Shown here: positions 39,401-50,617 of the stretch, one piece after another
Layout: each line of letters opens with the position of its first letter
Numbering within the stretch: position 1 is the stretch's first letter
Assembly: GCA_965202585.1 (NCBI GenBank)
Contig: OZ241826.1
Coordinates: 80,166,001 to 80,230,000, forward strand
Direction of reading: 5' to 3'
Source of the DNA: Thalia democratica
Lineage: Eukaryota
DNA length: 64,000 nucleotides
Position numbers and translations under genes: made by a program
The notes under the pieces: model-generated
What the model was told of the DNA's origin: nothing
Databases searched by the model: none
The model's input: only the letters and a program-made list of their open reading frames with translations

Positions 39401-41089
39401 AGTAAAGTAGTTAAATTTTGCTCAGACACTTTTAATAAACAAAAGAAACATCGTTAAAACAGATAAGTAAGATGCTACATTTGATAGTTAAAATAAATAG
39501 ATTATAAATAAATGTTACAATGCGAAGTTCTAATTAAATTAATAAGTTTATTTAAATACTAAATCAATCTACAAAAATAGTATGTGCACAGCCATTCGAT
39601 AGTTAGGGATCCATCTGTTCCATTTAATAAAATTACAATTTGTTTAAATAAGTCAATAATTTATCTAAAAAATTAACTAAAGTACAAGCAACTACTATAA
39701 ATTTAGATATAAGACAATTGATTGAAACAACTTGTAAAGTATAATGCGCTAATCTGATACTTAACAAACTCTACAAGACGGTGTAAACTTACTACATTAG
39801 TAACACGTTAGAAGTTTTAAAATATTATTTCTTCGTTTTGCAAAAATATGTTATTTAACTTATCAATTATAAGATGCTATTTATTTGCTATTAAGACGAT
39901 AAAACCTAAAAATATATAACCAACAAACTTATTTAAAGTATTTTATAAATTTGAAGGACTACATGCAGTTTTAAACCATATCTTTCTTTAGTAAAAAAAC
40001 AGTGTAATGAAGCAACATAATTAGGTGAAGATGATATGAATTTGTATTTTTATTGATTAAAATGGGATAAAAGTAGTCTTCCTCTTTTGATTTTAAAGAC
40101 CGGACAGGATTGAGTTTTAGATAAACAAAATAAAAATGGTAAGAACCAGCAAAAAAATCAGTCACAGTCTTATACAAGCACTTTGAAGAGATCTTGCGTT
40201 TATTAAAAAAACAAACATTTTCAATTTTTATTCAAATAGAATCTATAAGTAAAATTACAATTAGTAACATACAAAAAACACTTTTTGTTTTCATAATGTT
40301 TTATATATATGGATAAAGCATAGCAAGGTTAACTTTAAAACAAAATAAAATTTACGTAAATTATATTAATAAGCTTTAAAAAGCTCATAAGTAGTTCTTT
40401 ATTGTTTGAAAATACTTTGCTTTATATTTTAATGCAATAAGTTAATACTGATAAACATTATAATAAGTTTCTTTTCACAGTTATATAGCTAAATGTGTTA
40501 CTGAATATTTTACCCAGAAGACTTTCATCTATTGACAGTTATAGTTTTATATGTAATGTCAGATAAAACAAATGTTATGTTTACATGGTTATTTTTCTGC
40601 TCACTACTAAAATACATAAGCCTAACATCTATTGTTGTCATGTGGGAGATACGAACCGGAGATTTAAGGATTAACCTTGCTGAATAATTACTCGACCGGA
40701 AAGGCACTGCTTAGCAACTGTTGCTACGCAAAATATCGTCAATGGTGTTTTGACAAGCTTAGTTATGCTTTATCGTTACAACAAAAATTTAGTTAATTAA
40801 ATCAGTACGCATGTAAAACTTTGTGCAAACGAGTATGTAAAAGCGCTATATTAGAGAAAAAACTAAAAATTGAGAAAATAGAAAACGTTTTAAAATAAGC
40901 ATTATTTATATCTATAGTTGTTATTTCCAAACGTAGATGCAAACACAATGATCGCAGTTGTTGTCACAACTCGCCACAATTAAACATTCGAATTCTTTCG
41001 TTCAAGCGGTAGGGCGAAACAAATTAAAGCTCTTAAATGTTTTCGGAGCTTCTTTTCTAACGTAGCTTGACCTTTGCGCCGTTTCTGCG

Positions 41090-41240
41090 GTTAACGGATT
41101 ATCTTTTCCAACTACATCGTTACTAGCGCGTTACTGAAGGTCACCATCGGCTGCGTGTCTAATTTGTAGATTTACGATCTTCCTTCCCGTTCAAGCTTCA
41201 TTTTAAATCACGACCTGCGAGTGTTTTGGCTTTTCACCGA
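41090..41240 (+). promoter_or_regulatory. Orphan partial copy of the SAND-SAM promoter/5'UTR
   Basis: GGTCACCATCGGCTGCGTGTCTAATTTGTAGATTTACGATCTTCCTTCCCGTTCAAGCTTCATTTTAAATCACGACCTGCGAGTGTTTTGGCTTTTCA aligns with 22625-22730. Its 5' part is repeated at 44085-44150. Confidence 0.8.
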
Positions 41241-41799
41241 ATTTTGGTTCATTTGTTATCAATATTCGATTAAATTTGAATATAAGCCATTCTATAGTGA
41301 AGCAGCTTTATTTTGCAAATAAATAAATTTTTTATTGGACCCGATTTGAAAAGTTAAATGTCTTTGAGCATGTTTAGATGAGGTATACAACAATTCAATT
41401 AGGAAAGTTCAAAACCGGACAATTCAAACTTTAATAACTCTGTGTTGTTGTTTATATCACTTTTTATTAAGGTAAAAATAAAATATTGCATTATAATAAC
41501 GTTATTAATCAAACCTGTAGAGCTTTTTTTTTATTTTTTTCTAGAATAAAAGTCACTTTTTAGATCATGCCACTTTAAAATACTGTTAATTTTTGAATCG
41601 TCTGCAATTAAATTGTCATGTAACTGTTTGAAAGTATAAAAAAAAATGTTTTTTTATGCACATGTTTGATCGATGTTATAGTGTAACATTAATAACGATC
41701 AAAGCAAAAAACAGTCGAATTCGGATACTAACCTTCATCTATTAGTTACTGCTCGTAAAAACTTTCTGGTGACTAGGAAACAAACATTTAAGTACGGAA

Positions 41800-41975
41800 A
41801 TGATGCAGAAGTGATAACCGTGTTGCTAAGCAACCATGCCACCTTGGTTGCTACGTGAGATGCGACATGTGCTTATCAGCTTAATTTGATTTTAAAATTG
41901 CTCGTCCGTTGTTTAGCAACCGTTGCTAGCGAATAATTTGTTTAAATAGAGACAAATGTCAGTTTAGCTTGCTTA
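41800..41975 (+). promoter_or_regulatory. Copy of the ETS/X-box/P3 element
   Basis: 41822-41865 is identical over 44 nt to the reverse complement of 10843-10886. Similarity continues to ...GTCAGTTTAGCTTG (~41970). Confidence 0.85.
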
Positions 41976-44739
41976 GCTTGTTATAAGCACAACATAAAAC
42001 GCTTTAATAAAACTCACTATCTTTTGAAGAAATAAATTTAAAATTAACTATAAAATACTAGGCAGTACAAGTTTTTAAACTTTGCAAAAGGTTCCTTAAA
42101 CTATGACGAAATTTATTTTATATTAGTTGTTATAACAGTTTACTGAAATTGTGTTCTTGTTAAAAATATAAAATGTTCTTGAAAATGTTCTGTGTTCTTG
42201 AAATGTATAAAATGTTTGTATTTCACAAAAACTAAAAACAAGTATAAATTTAATTACAGACTTTTAGACTTAGCATAACTTATACTAAACAGTATTTTTT
42301 ATAAATTAAAACTTTTTATGAGTATTTTACTTGAAAAACAATTTTAAACGAAATATTCACACACAATATTGAGTTTATGATATCAAGTTTGCTCCTTCGT
42401 CTTCTGTAACAGTCGCTGTTTTTTTTTTGCTCACAAAGTTTCAAGCTTGTTCCTTAAAAATTACTGGATCTTTTGTTTTGCTGTTTTTCATATATCAATA
42501 TCTGAAATTTGTCTTTTTTTGTTTCTTTTCGTTGCTATTTAAAAATAAATTAAAAAAATAAATTTGCAGTAGTTGCTAACTTTTAACGTATGTTATAGTA
42601 CATAATTATCTTGTTTTCTTCAATATTTAAATTATAAATACTGCACCCTTATCAAAGTGAGCAAACATTTTTATTTAAGTTACTATTTTAAGTAACTATA
42701 ATAATAAAGTTGAGAAAGAGTAAATAAAGCAGGGAAGAAGTTTTTTCTACAGAAAAAAAACATTTGATTACGTTCATTTCACAGAATTTCCTTACAGCTC
42801 ATGTATTTATATTTACACTCTCTCATACAAACAGCTACTTCTTCACTTCTAACAGCCTCAATAACAAAAATTTTGAAATTTGCAATTCAACTGACCGCAG
42901 TTTTTCCTCTGTGTTTATCTTCTGCCGGTTTTAGCTCCTTCGTTCACAACATAGTCGCAGTTTCAAAAAAATAAAACAGCAATAAAAATAACGCAAAATA
43001 TATCTGTTTGTACGATCTGCTATTTAGATTTTGATCTCCTGTCAATATAATAGATTTCTTGTCGGTTTCGTTTACAAAGAAAAATTTAGATACTTCAAAA
43101 TGTTTATGTTTTTAAATATCTTGAATAAAAAATTTCTAATTCTTTAACAATTTTCATGAGTTGTCAAATAAACCTAGATACTATTTTTTTCAATATGCTT
43201 CTGGTATCTTATTAATGTCTCTGAAAACTTACCGCGCTATTTTTATCACAGTTAAAAACTTTAGTTAAAATATTTCTTTTCTGTCGTCAGGTATATTTTT
43301 CTATAAATTCTGTATAAGATAGCTTGATAAGTTCCCGTCGTTGTTACAAACAAGGGTGTTCGTATAAAAAATGTTTTTGTTTTTCCTATGCCAAACTATT
43401 GGCTCTTGAATTTTTTAGTCAAAGTATGTTTGGTTGAGCAAAATATATATGTTTGAATTTTTAGTTCATATGCTTTGAATTTATAATTAAAAAAAAACTA
43501 GCTTTTGCGTTTTTAAAATAAAAGTTTCTTTTGAAGCTGAATTTGTAATTCATTCGAACTTAAGCATAAATAAATTCCTACTTTATAATCGTTACAGAGC
43601 TGTATAAAATATTGTTTTTTTATTATTAATTTAGATTTTTTTTCTGCTTTAAAAACAAGAATGTACATCAAATCTTTAAACTTGCTCGCATTTTATGATG
43701 CGAAAAATAGAAATCACTTTGTTTATAACCGCAAAGCAATTTATCACTGTAATAGTATCAAAACAGTATCAATGCACTGAAAATTGAAATTCATCTGATT
43801 GTATATGTTTGATATTTTTAAAACACTTTCAAAAAAGGCTATCAAAATTTTCTAGGTAACTTCGTTTTACGTAAAACGATACCAAGCAACTGAAACCTGT
43901 TTTTCAACTGAACTCCCTTCAAAGTGTTTTGTTATTAATTATAATACGCAAATTACCGTAACTTGCAAAAAGATGACAAACATTCATTTCCGTTTGTATG
44001 ATTATTAAAGCAGAACAAATTAAAAACATGATAGTTTTCCGAGGTTGTTTATTAACATAGCTTAACCCTTTCGCCGTATGAAAAATTTACAGATTATCTT
44101 TTCCAATTACATCGTTACTACCGCTTGTTTTTACCATTGGCTGCTTTCAGGGTATTATTTGTTGAGTAACAAAAGGGTTGAAAGTTTAGATTGACAGTTA
44201 AAACATTCAGTTAGAAACAATTAAAATTTATATAAGGATGTTTAAAGAAACGAAATAATATTAATAATAACTAAAATATTAAATTAATAATTTTAGCGAC
44301 ACTTAAATACAACACAAAAACTGTTTTAAAGTAAACTGAAATGCATAGCAGAGAGTGGTGTTAATTAAGTGAATAGTACTAGGAAAAATACTATTTATCG
44401 GGAAGTGTTTGAATTCTGCACAATACTTTCTGTTTAACTATTTAAACTTTACTCAGTGGTTACGTAAAATAAAACGTCGATATTTGTTTGCTACTCGAGC
44501 GAAAAACAATCAATTCTTTATGTACAGCAGCGGGAATAGTACTAGCACAAGTAGTATGGAAACACGAGTTTATTAAAGGTTTTAATTAGAATATCTGCTT
44601 TTTTTCACCAATCTGCTGTTTAAAGTTTTCACCAGTGAAAAGAAATAGGGTGATTTATTTTTTTTCATAACCATTCAAGTTGAAAAATGGCTTGCGCGAC
44701 TTTTAATTATCGTTACTTAACCCAACTGCCGTAAAGCGA

Positions 44740-44915
44740 CTTACAGCTTATCTGCTGTCTCTCCTGCGTTGTTGTTGCTAATGGCAACCTTCGTCGATAG
44801 AAGCGTTGCTAGAGGTCTCCATTGGCTGCGTGTCTAATTTATCGATTGACGAGCTTCCTTTCCGTTAAACCTCATTTTAAATCGCAACCTGCGTGTTTGT
44901 TGACTTTTCACGGTA
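44740..44915 (+). promoter_or_regulatory. Orphan copy of the SAND-SAM promoter/5'UTR exon
   Basis: GTTGCTAATGGCAACCTTCGTCGATAGAAGCGTTGCTAGAGGTCTCCATTGGCTG...AATTTATCGATTGACGAGCTTCCTTTCCG...AAATCGCAACCTGCG aligns with 22585-22720 and ends in a donor-like CACG|GTAAAT. Confidence 0.85.
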
Positions 44916-45469
44916 AATACTTTTTTTTTACTTTTTTAAAAAGCATGATTAAAAAACAAAAGTCAAGCTATCGACAGTGTAGTGACAAACGACTAGAATA
45001 TATTTAAGGCATGATGTTGACTTTGTTACGAACTCGATTCTTTTTTGTTTTCTTGACACATTTTCAAACAAGTGATTAAAATCAAACTCTGTGTAAGGTG
45101 TTGTTTAAAATATAATGATTATTTTGTAACTATTGCACAAACAAATCACTTTTACTTATTTAAGAGTAAGTACTGTAAACTCCTAAATCTTACAGTTTTC
45201 TTACTATTTATGTGCTCTGTTTCGCTACAGCTTGATTTTTGTTATCTACAGTATGAAGATTTATAAGCTCTACAAAAATATTTACGATATTCATATAAAG
45301 TCGCTTAGATAGAACTTACAGCAGCTATAAAACAGCAAAAAAAAATTTAAAAGGTATTAAAATGACCGAGACGAAAAAGGTAAGAAAAAAAAAAGTTTTA
45401 TATATATTTTTCAATACAAAGCGACTTCGCAGGCTTTAACCTCACCTTTTTATCTGACAGGTTTTAAAC

Positions 45470-46230
45470 TTACCATCGCAATTTGTGCTACCACACACTA
45501 CGTGCTAGCTTCCCTTACTATCTATTTGAATACAAACATTTTTGTAGGTTTTTGTCAATTAGCCAACTGGTTTCAATCAGAAGCTTCGGTATTTCAACTC
45601 CGTGGTCAAAATGTTCACACTTATATTTGGTACTTCGTGTAGTTCAACATTTTGAATGTAAAAGAACTTAAAGTGTTTGAAACTTAGTAATAAACATATC
45701 GTGAGCTGATTAAAGTCTGTACAATGAGTTACGTCCGTGGTTGACATGGGTTGCTATGGTAACAACAGTATAAGTGTTCTCAGGTCACGAACAAAGTTGT
45801 TTAGATTTTTGTGCAAATCGTGCTGCCACACACGATACGTGCTAATTTCCCTTTACTCGACTAAAGATGTTTTGTGGGTTTTTGTAAATTAGTGAACTGA
45901 TATCCAGCACAAGCAACTTCTCTGTTTTAACAGTAAGCTGCGATGTTAGTTTTTGTACCAGGCTACCAATGCTTACACGTATCTCGTTGTTTGTGCAGTT
46001 TTACGTTTCGATTGGAAACATCGCACGACAGAAGTTGAAATCTGTCAGTTAACCTTTTTTATACCGTAATTTTTTATATAGTTCTAAGTTTTGCAGAAAC
46101 AGCGTCTAACAACTCTTCTTACATCGTGATCTGATTGAAGTTTTAACAATGAGTTAAGTCCGTGTTTGACATATGTTGCTATGGTAACAACAGAGTAAGC
46201 GTTCTCAGGTCACGTACAAAGTGTAAAGTA
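45470..46230. repeat. Tandem duplication, 2 x ~350-410 bp, each with a perfect X-box
   Basis: Both units start GTGCT(A/G)CCACACAC..ACGTGCTA and end ACAATGAGTTA.GTCCGTG.TTGACAT..GTTGCTATGGTAACAACAG..TAAG.GTTCTCAGGTCACG. X-boxes are at 45750-45763 and 46175-46188. Confidence 0.85.
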
Positions 46231-47099
46231 AGATTGTTCAATCAAACTGACAGGAAAAAACTAAAGCAGGTTTTACTGAATTTACTAACCGTATTTTAAA
46301 ATAAATTTATTAATAAGTTTTATTTTTTTTAGTTAAAGCAGAGTTAAAAAAAGTGAACAAAAACTAACTTGAAAAATATTCTATTGAACTCTAATCAAAC
46401 AAACTCATTAGAAGCACACATTTGTCTAATAAGCATCGCTCGAAAGTTTCTCAAATGAATTATCGTCTTTACAAACAAACAAAAAATTGACTGAGTGTTC
46501 AGTTGCTCGCCGCTTTTTCGGATCAAACAGTTGCGAACGATCTATACAGGCGCGTTCAAACACAAAAGAAGTGAAAAATTCGGCCGACCACATAAGAGCT
46601 CAGCTGTTCAGCTTCTTTTCAAGCCAGGTGATGGATAAATATTGAAATCGTGTTGTAAAAATTACTTGCGAATTAAGGGGATTTTGAGCGATGGCGAGAT
46701 AGGAACTTTGTCTGATAAAAAAAATATTTGACTTTACTTCTGCTTCCCGGTTTTGTCTTTAAACCGGTTGAAACAAACTGCCAATATTTGTAATGGATAG
46801 TATATTTTTTCGGATTAGTGCAATTTAAATATAGTTTGTTCTTTATGTCTTAATAAATTGTATTTTATTATTTTCTATAAAACTGAACAAAATTTTACAT
46901 TGAAAGCTAAAACTTATCTGATCTGTAATAAGTTTTTAAGCATATAAAAATTAATACGCTCAACACACTTTGGTCAATCATAACATATATATTAGTTTTG
47001 TAATTTGTCTCAAGTTAGCTACTCAAAATCTATCTAAAAATTGTTTTTCTCAAATATCTATCTACCTGTACCTCAAACTTTTTACTCTCGTAAATACGA

Positions 47100-47520
47100 T
47101 ATTTCCTACAAAGCTTTCAGATGAAAATACAGAATAGCTCAACTCAGAAACCCCCAAAGAAGTAAGCTGCTTTGCTGTCATAACTTCTAAATTTTACAAA
47201 TTTGTTTAGTATTGATTTATCATGTGTGCGTACAAGATTGATGTAATCGAATGATTCAATCGGTCAACATACGCACTACGAATTAAAATAAAATTGATTT
47301 TTTCTTTCAGAAAGCAGGCTAAGTTTGACGAAAAAGCTATGTGTAGTGGTTGAAAAGATATGTAAAGCTGATACATTAAGGAAATTGCGCATAGGTAATT
47401 AATAGATTTTTTTATACATTTTTCCTAAATACTAAATTAAGTTTTCATACATTGCTTTTTGAACTTTACTTATCTGCTGTAAACAGCCATCATTTTTTAA
47501 GTAAATGCTATTTTTTATGT
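47100..47520 (+). repeat. Direct paralogue of 6780-7480 containing exon-like remnants
   Basis: TGTGCG(C/T)ACAAGATTGATGT(G/A)ATCGA at ~6895 and ~47225; GCTAA....ACGAAAAAG.T...TGTAG.GG at ~6980 and ~47318; GCTGTAAACA at ~7440 and ~47477. Confidence 0.65.
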
Positions 47521-48294
47521 ACTGAAGTTGCTTAACAATTTTCTACAAAAGTAACACTTGTGTTTAAAGTCTAAAATTACTTTTTTTTTTGAAAATTATA
47601 AACTTTTCAGAAGAACCAGTTATATTAAATTTTTCAACTTCTTAACTATTATAATATACTGTTTAATACACCACTTAACTCTTTACTGCCTCTTGGCGGT
47701 ATATTGACTTGACAAAAGACTCTTGAGCTTAAAGTAGCTTTAAAAAGTTTACATAAAACTTTTAATTACAGTAACCTACCGCAAAAACTTCACATGTTGA
47801 ATCACCATTAAATTGCAAATATAAACGATAGGTGCAAAAAACCGTTTCAAATATTAACCGAGGCTTTAAAATTCTCATCAATGGGTTTTTAAATTTTATA
47901 TACATCTTTAGATTTGTTTTATGTGAATTTTTTTAAAAACTAATAATAAAACAAACTCTAAAAACTATAAATGAATTTATAAACAAACTTTTAAACGCAT
48001 TACAAAGATGTTAAACAATACAATCTCTAACACAAAACACGTTATTGATTAATTTATCATAAAAACACTGCACCAAATGACATCAACTGCCACCACTATT
48101 TTTTCCTATATGACATATATTTTTAAATAATTTCATGTTTTTGTCGATAATTGTTTATAATAAATTTTCTACCTGTGTGATGTCGCCAAACAAAGTTGAA
48201 GCCTAAATAAACCGGTGTTTAAGTATTGCGCTCAAATAATAGCTAGCCTGAAAGCAGATTAAAATATAACTTTGGTAAATAGAGGGCCCGAACT

Positions 48295-48498
48295 ATGATT
48301 TCCATACAAACTACGGTTAGTAGGGGTTCCAATAGCGCGTTTCAGTACCATTATGTTAAAAAGTTGGCTGTATTAATACACAGAACGCAGCCTGATTTTG
48401 AGAAGTTGAAACAGTATTTGAAAAAATGGTTTGTAAGCAACAGTTTAAAAATCTATCGCTACTTGGATTTGTTTTACAAAAAATCTTGGTTACATTAA
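48295..48498 (+). mobile_element. Possible highly degraded LINE reverse-transcriptase fragment
   Basis: TVSRG(V)P-like segment (frameshifted GVPQG region) followed by QPDFEKLKQYLKKWFVSNSLKI, reminiscent of the RT 'LQ.DL..L..W...N.L..N' segment. No YADD is visible. Confidence 0.35.
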
Positions 48499-48857
48499 TA
48501 CACTGAACCTATCGTAATTTTGTTTGAAAACTTACTTGATAATTTAGTTCGATAGCAATAGTTTAAAAAAATATCGTGGCTTATTTTTGTTGAAAAAATG
48601 TTTTGATATTTTTAGACGTGTATACAACAGTTACATACGTGCGATAATAGTTAGTTTATTTATTTTTAAATTAAAATGTTTAATTTAGATGTTATTTTAA
48701 GCTAGTAATATCGTTTAAAAGTACTATAAAACAGTTACTCAATCGAAAAATAAACTATTTGACAAATATTTTACGTAACAACAAAATTGTTTATAAGTAA
48801 AAAGTACTGTAACACATAATGATTTTTAATTAAATTTGCCTTTATTTACATTCAAAC

Positions 48858-50617
48858 TAGTGATGTACCGGACTCACTATCCGGGTCCGGATCCGGCCGG
48901 ATATTGCCATTTTTGTCTGATATCCGGATCCGGCCGGATTCTAATTCGAAAAAAAAGTCGGATCCGGTTCCGGCCGGATTCTAATTTGTAAAAAAAGTCC
49001 GGATCCGGTTCTGGCCGGATTCTAATTTGAAAATAAATTCCGGATCCGGGTCCGGCCGGATCCTAACAGAGATCCGGCCGGACCCGGATCTAGTTAGTAA
49101 AAAAGAGCATACTGAAAAGTACTTTTTCAAAAACAAACCCTGTGTAAATTAATAAGAGTCATTTTCGTCAGTTAAAATTAAAAACTTACCGTGATTTGCT
49201 CATTTTGTACACGTGACTAATTTACATTTGTTTACATTTAAAATATGAAATAAACATTTCAGAAATGCAACTCTTTACATATGTTGTAAAATTGATAACT
49301 TTAGAATGAATACTTCCATTATTTACTGTTTAAAGTTGAGCTCAGAGAGTATTTAGAGTTAATACGGTTGAATGTACGAGCCAATGAGAATCATATGACA
49401 AAATGTTTCAAACTAAATAATGATGTAACAAAACATCAGAACGTGACAGGCAGTTTATATGTAAGCAGTTATTAGTTTGGCGTGCAGCTTGAAGCAACAA
49501 AATATCTTGAACTTTTTTGTGAATGCTTATTGTAAGTAGTATTTGTTTTAAAAGTGAATATTTCAACTGGTGTTTAATTGTTTAAATACTTAAGCCAGGT
49601 TTATAGTTTAATAGTTTATTAAAAATTTTACAGTTTCTTGTTTACTAAAAGTTTTATTTAATTTTAAGTTTATTGTTTTAAGTCTTTTGATATAGATTTA
49701 AATAGCTTCCAGTTTAAAGTGTTACCAAAGTAATTAATAATTTTGTATATGCTAGTATTTCTTGTTGTGTTTTATATAAAAGATTCATCACTCAAAACTG
49801 TCGGGTCTGATTGTAGAAAGTAGTCTCAGTTAGAAATTAGTGTTTGTTAGATATTAATTAAATAAGGTAGAATTTAATTATGATGGGTAGTACTAATAAG
49901 TTAAGTGTACCACAATCAGTCCACAACTTTACTACCAAATTGTCAATCTTTGCTAGCTGTTCTACTGATTATTAGATTAAAGTAATTTTTTCAGTTTTTA
50001 AGCACCTCATTCTGACTCAGGCTTGTTTATACTCACTCAAGCTAGTTTTATTGACTTAAACAGTGGCAACCCTGCTAGTTTGAAAATTTTTGGGAATTTG
50101 ATTTTGAATGAGTTTGAGCTGATCCAGTTTTCAATATTTTGTAATTTTCTAGTGTATTTTCTTCAAGAACTTGATTTCAGATTTTTAATTATAAATAACA
50201 CCTAAACTTGTAAACCTTGTGGCTAGCTATTCTACTTATTATTAGATTAAAGTTCTTTTTTTAGTTTTTAAAAACCTCATTCTGACTCAGGCTAGTTTAT
50301 ACTAGTGATGTACCGGACTCACTATCCGGGTCCGGGTCCGGCCGGATATTGCCATTTTTGTCTGATATCCGGATCCGGTCGGATTCTAGTTTAAAAAAAA
50401 GTCCGGATCCGGATCCGGTCGGATTCTAGTTTAAAAAAAAGTCCGGATCCGGTTCCGGCCGGATTCTAATTTAAAAAAAAAGTCCTGATCCGGTTCCGGC
50501 CGGACTCTAATTTAAAAAAAAAAAGTCCGGATCCGGTTCCGGCCGGATTTTAATTTGAAAAAAAAGTCCGGATCCGGGTCCGGCCGGACCCGAAATTGTG
50601 GGTCCGGTACATCACTA
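48858..50617. mobile_element. Non-autonomous hAT-superfamily DNA transposon, 1760 bp, with 8-bp TSD and a duplicated internal left end
   Basis: Terminal inverted repeats TAGTGATGTACCGGAC (48858) and GTCCGGTACATCACTA (ends 50617). ATTCAAAC flanks both sides (48850-48857 and 50618-50625). Subterminal arrays of CCGGATCCGG(T/G)TCCGGCCGGATTCTAATTT-A(n) are present. An 8-bp TSD and TAG-type termini are typical of hAT elements. Confidence 0.9.
50303..50617. mobile_element. MITE-like 315-bp unit (left TIR + repeat array + right TIR) forming the right end of the larger hAT
   Basis: A second near-identical copy of the left end TAGTGATGTACCGGACTCACTATCCGGGTCCGG... begins at 50303. Its own left flank (GTTTATAC) does not match the right flank (ATTCAAAC). 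Confidence 0.85.

Noticed and set aside
39971-40200. Possible LINE endonuclease remnant (NARSL-like on the minus strand)
   Set aside because: Only a 5-residue match with multiple stops; not enough to call.
41829-41852. AGCAACCA-8 nt-TGGTTGCT hairpin as a miRNA or structured RNA
   Set aside because: The stem is only 8 bp, and changes in the 19.8-kb copy break pairing rather than compensate. It is better explained as adjacent X-box half-sites.
2200-48500. A single 26-kb tandem duplication covering the whole intergenic region
   Set aside because: Homology at the 26.1-kb offset ends about 350 bp after the stop codon; other matches have different offsets and orientations.
48858-50617. CCGGATCCGG repeat arrays as a CRISPR-like array
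   Set aside because: No unique spacers and a eukaryotic context; bounded by TIRs and an 8-bp TSD.
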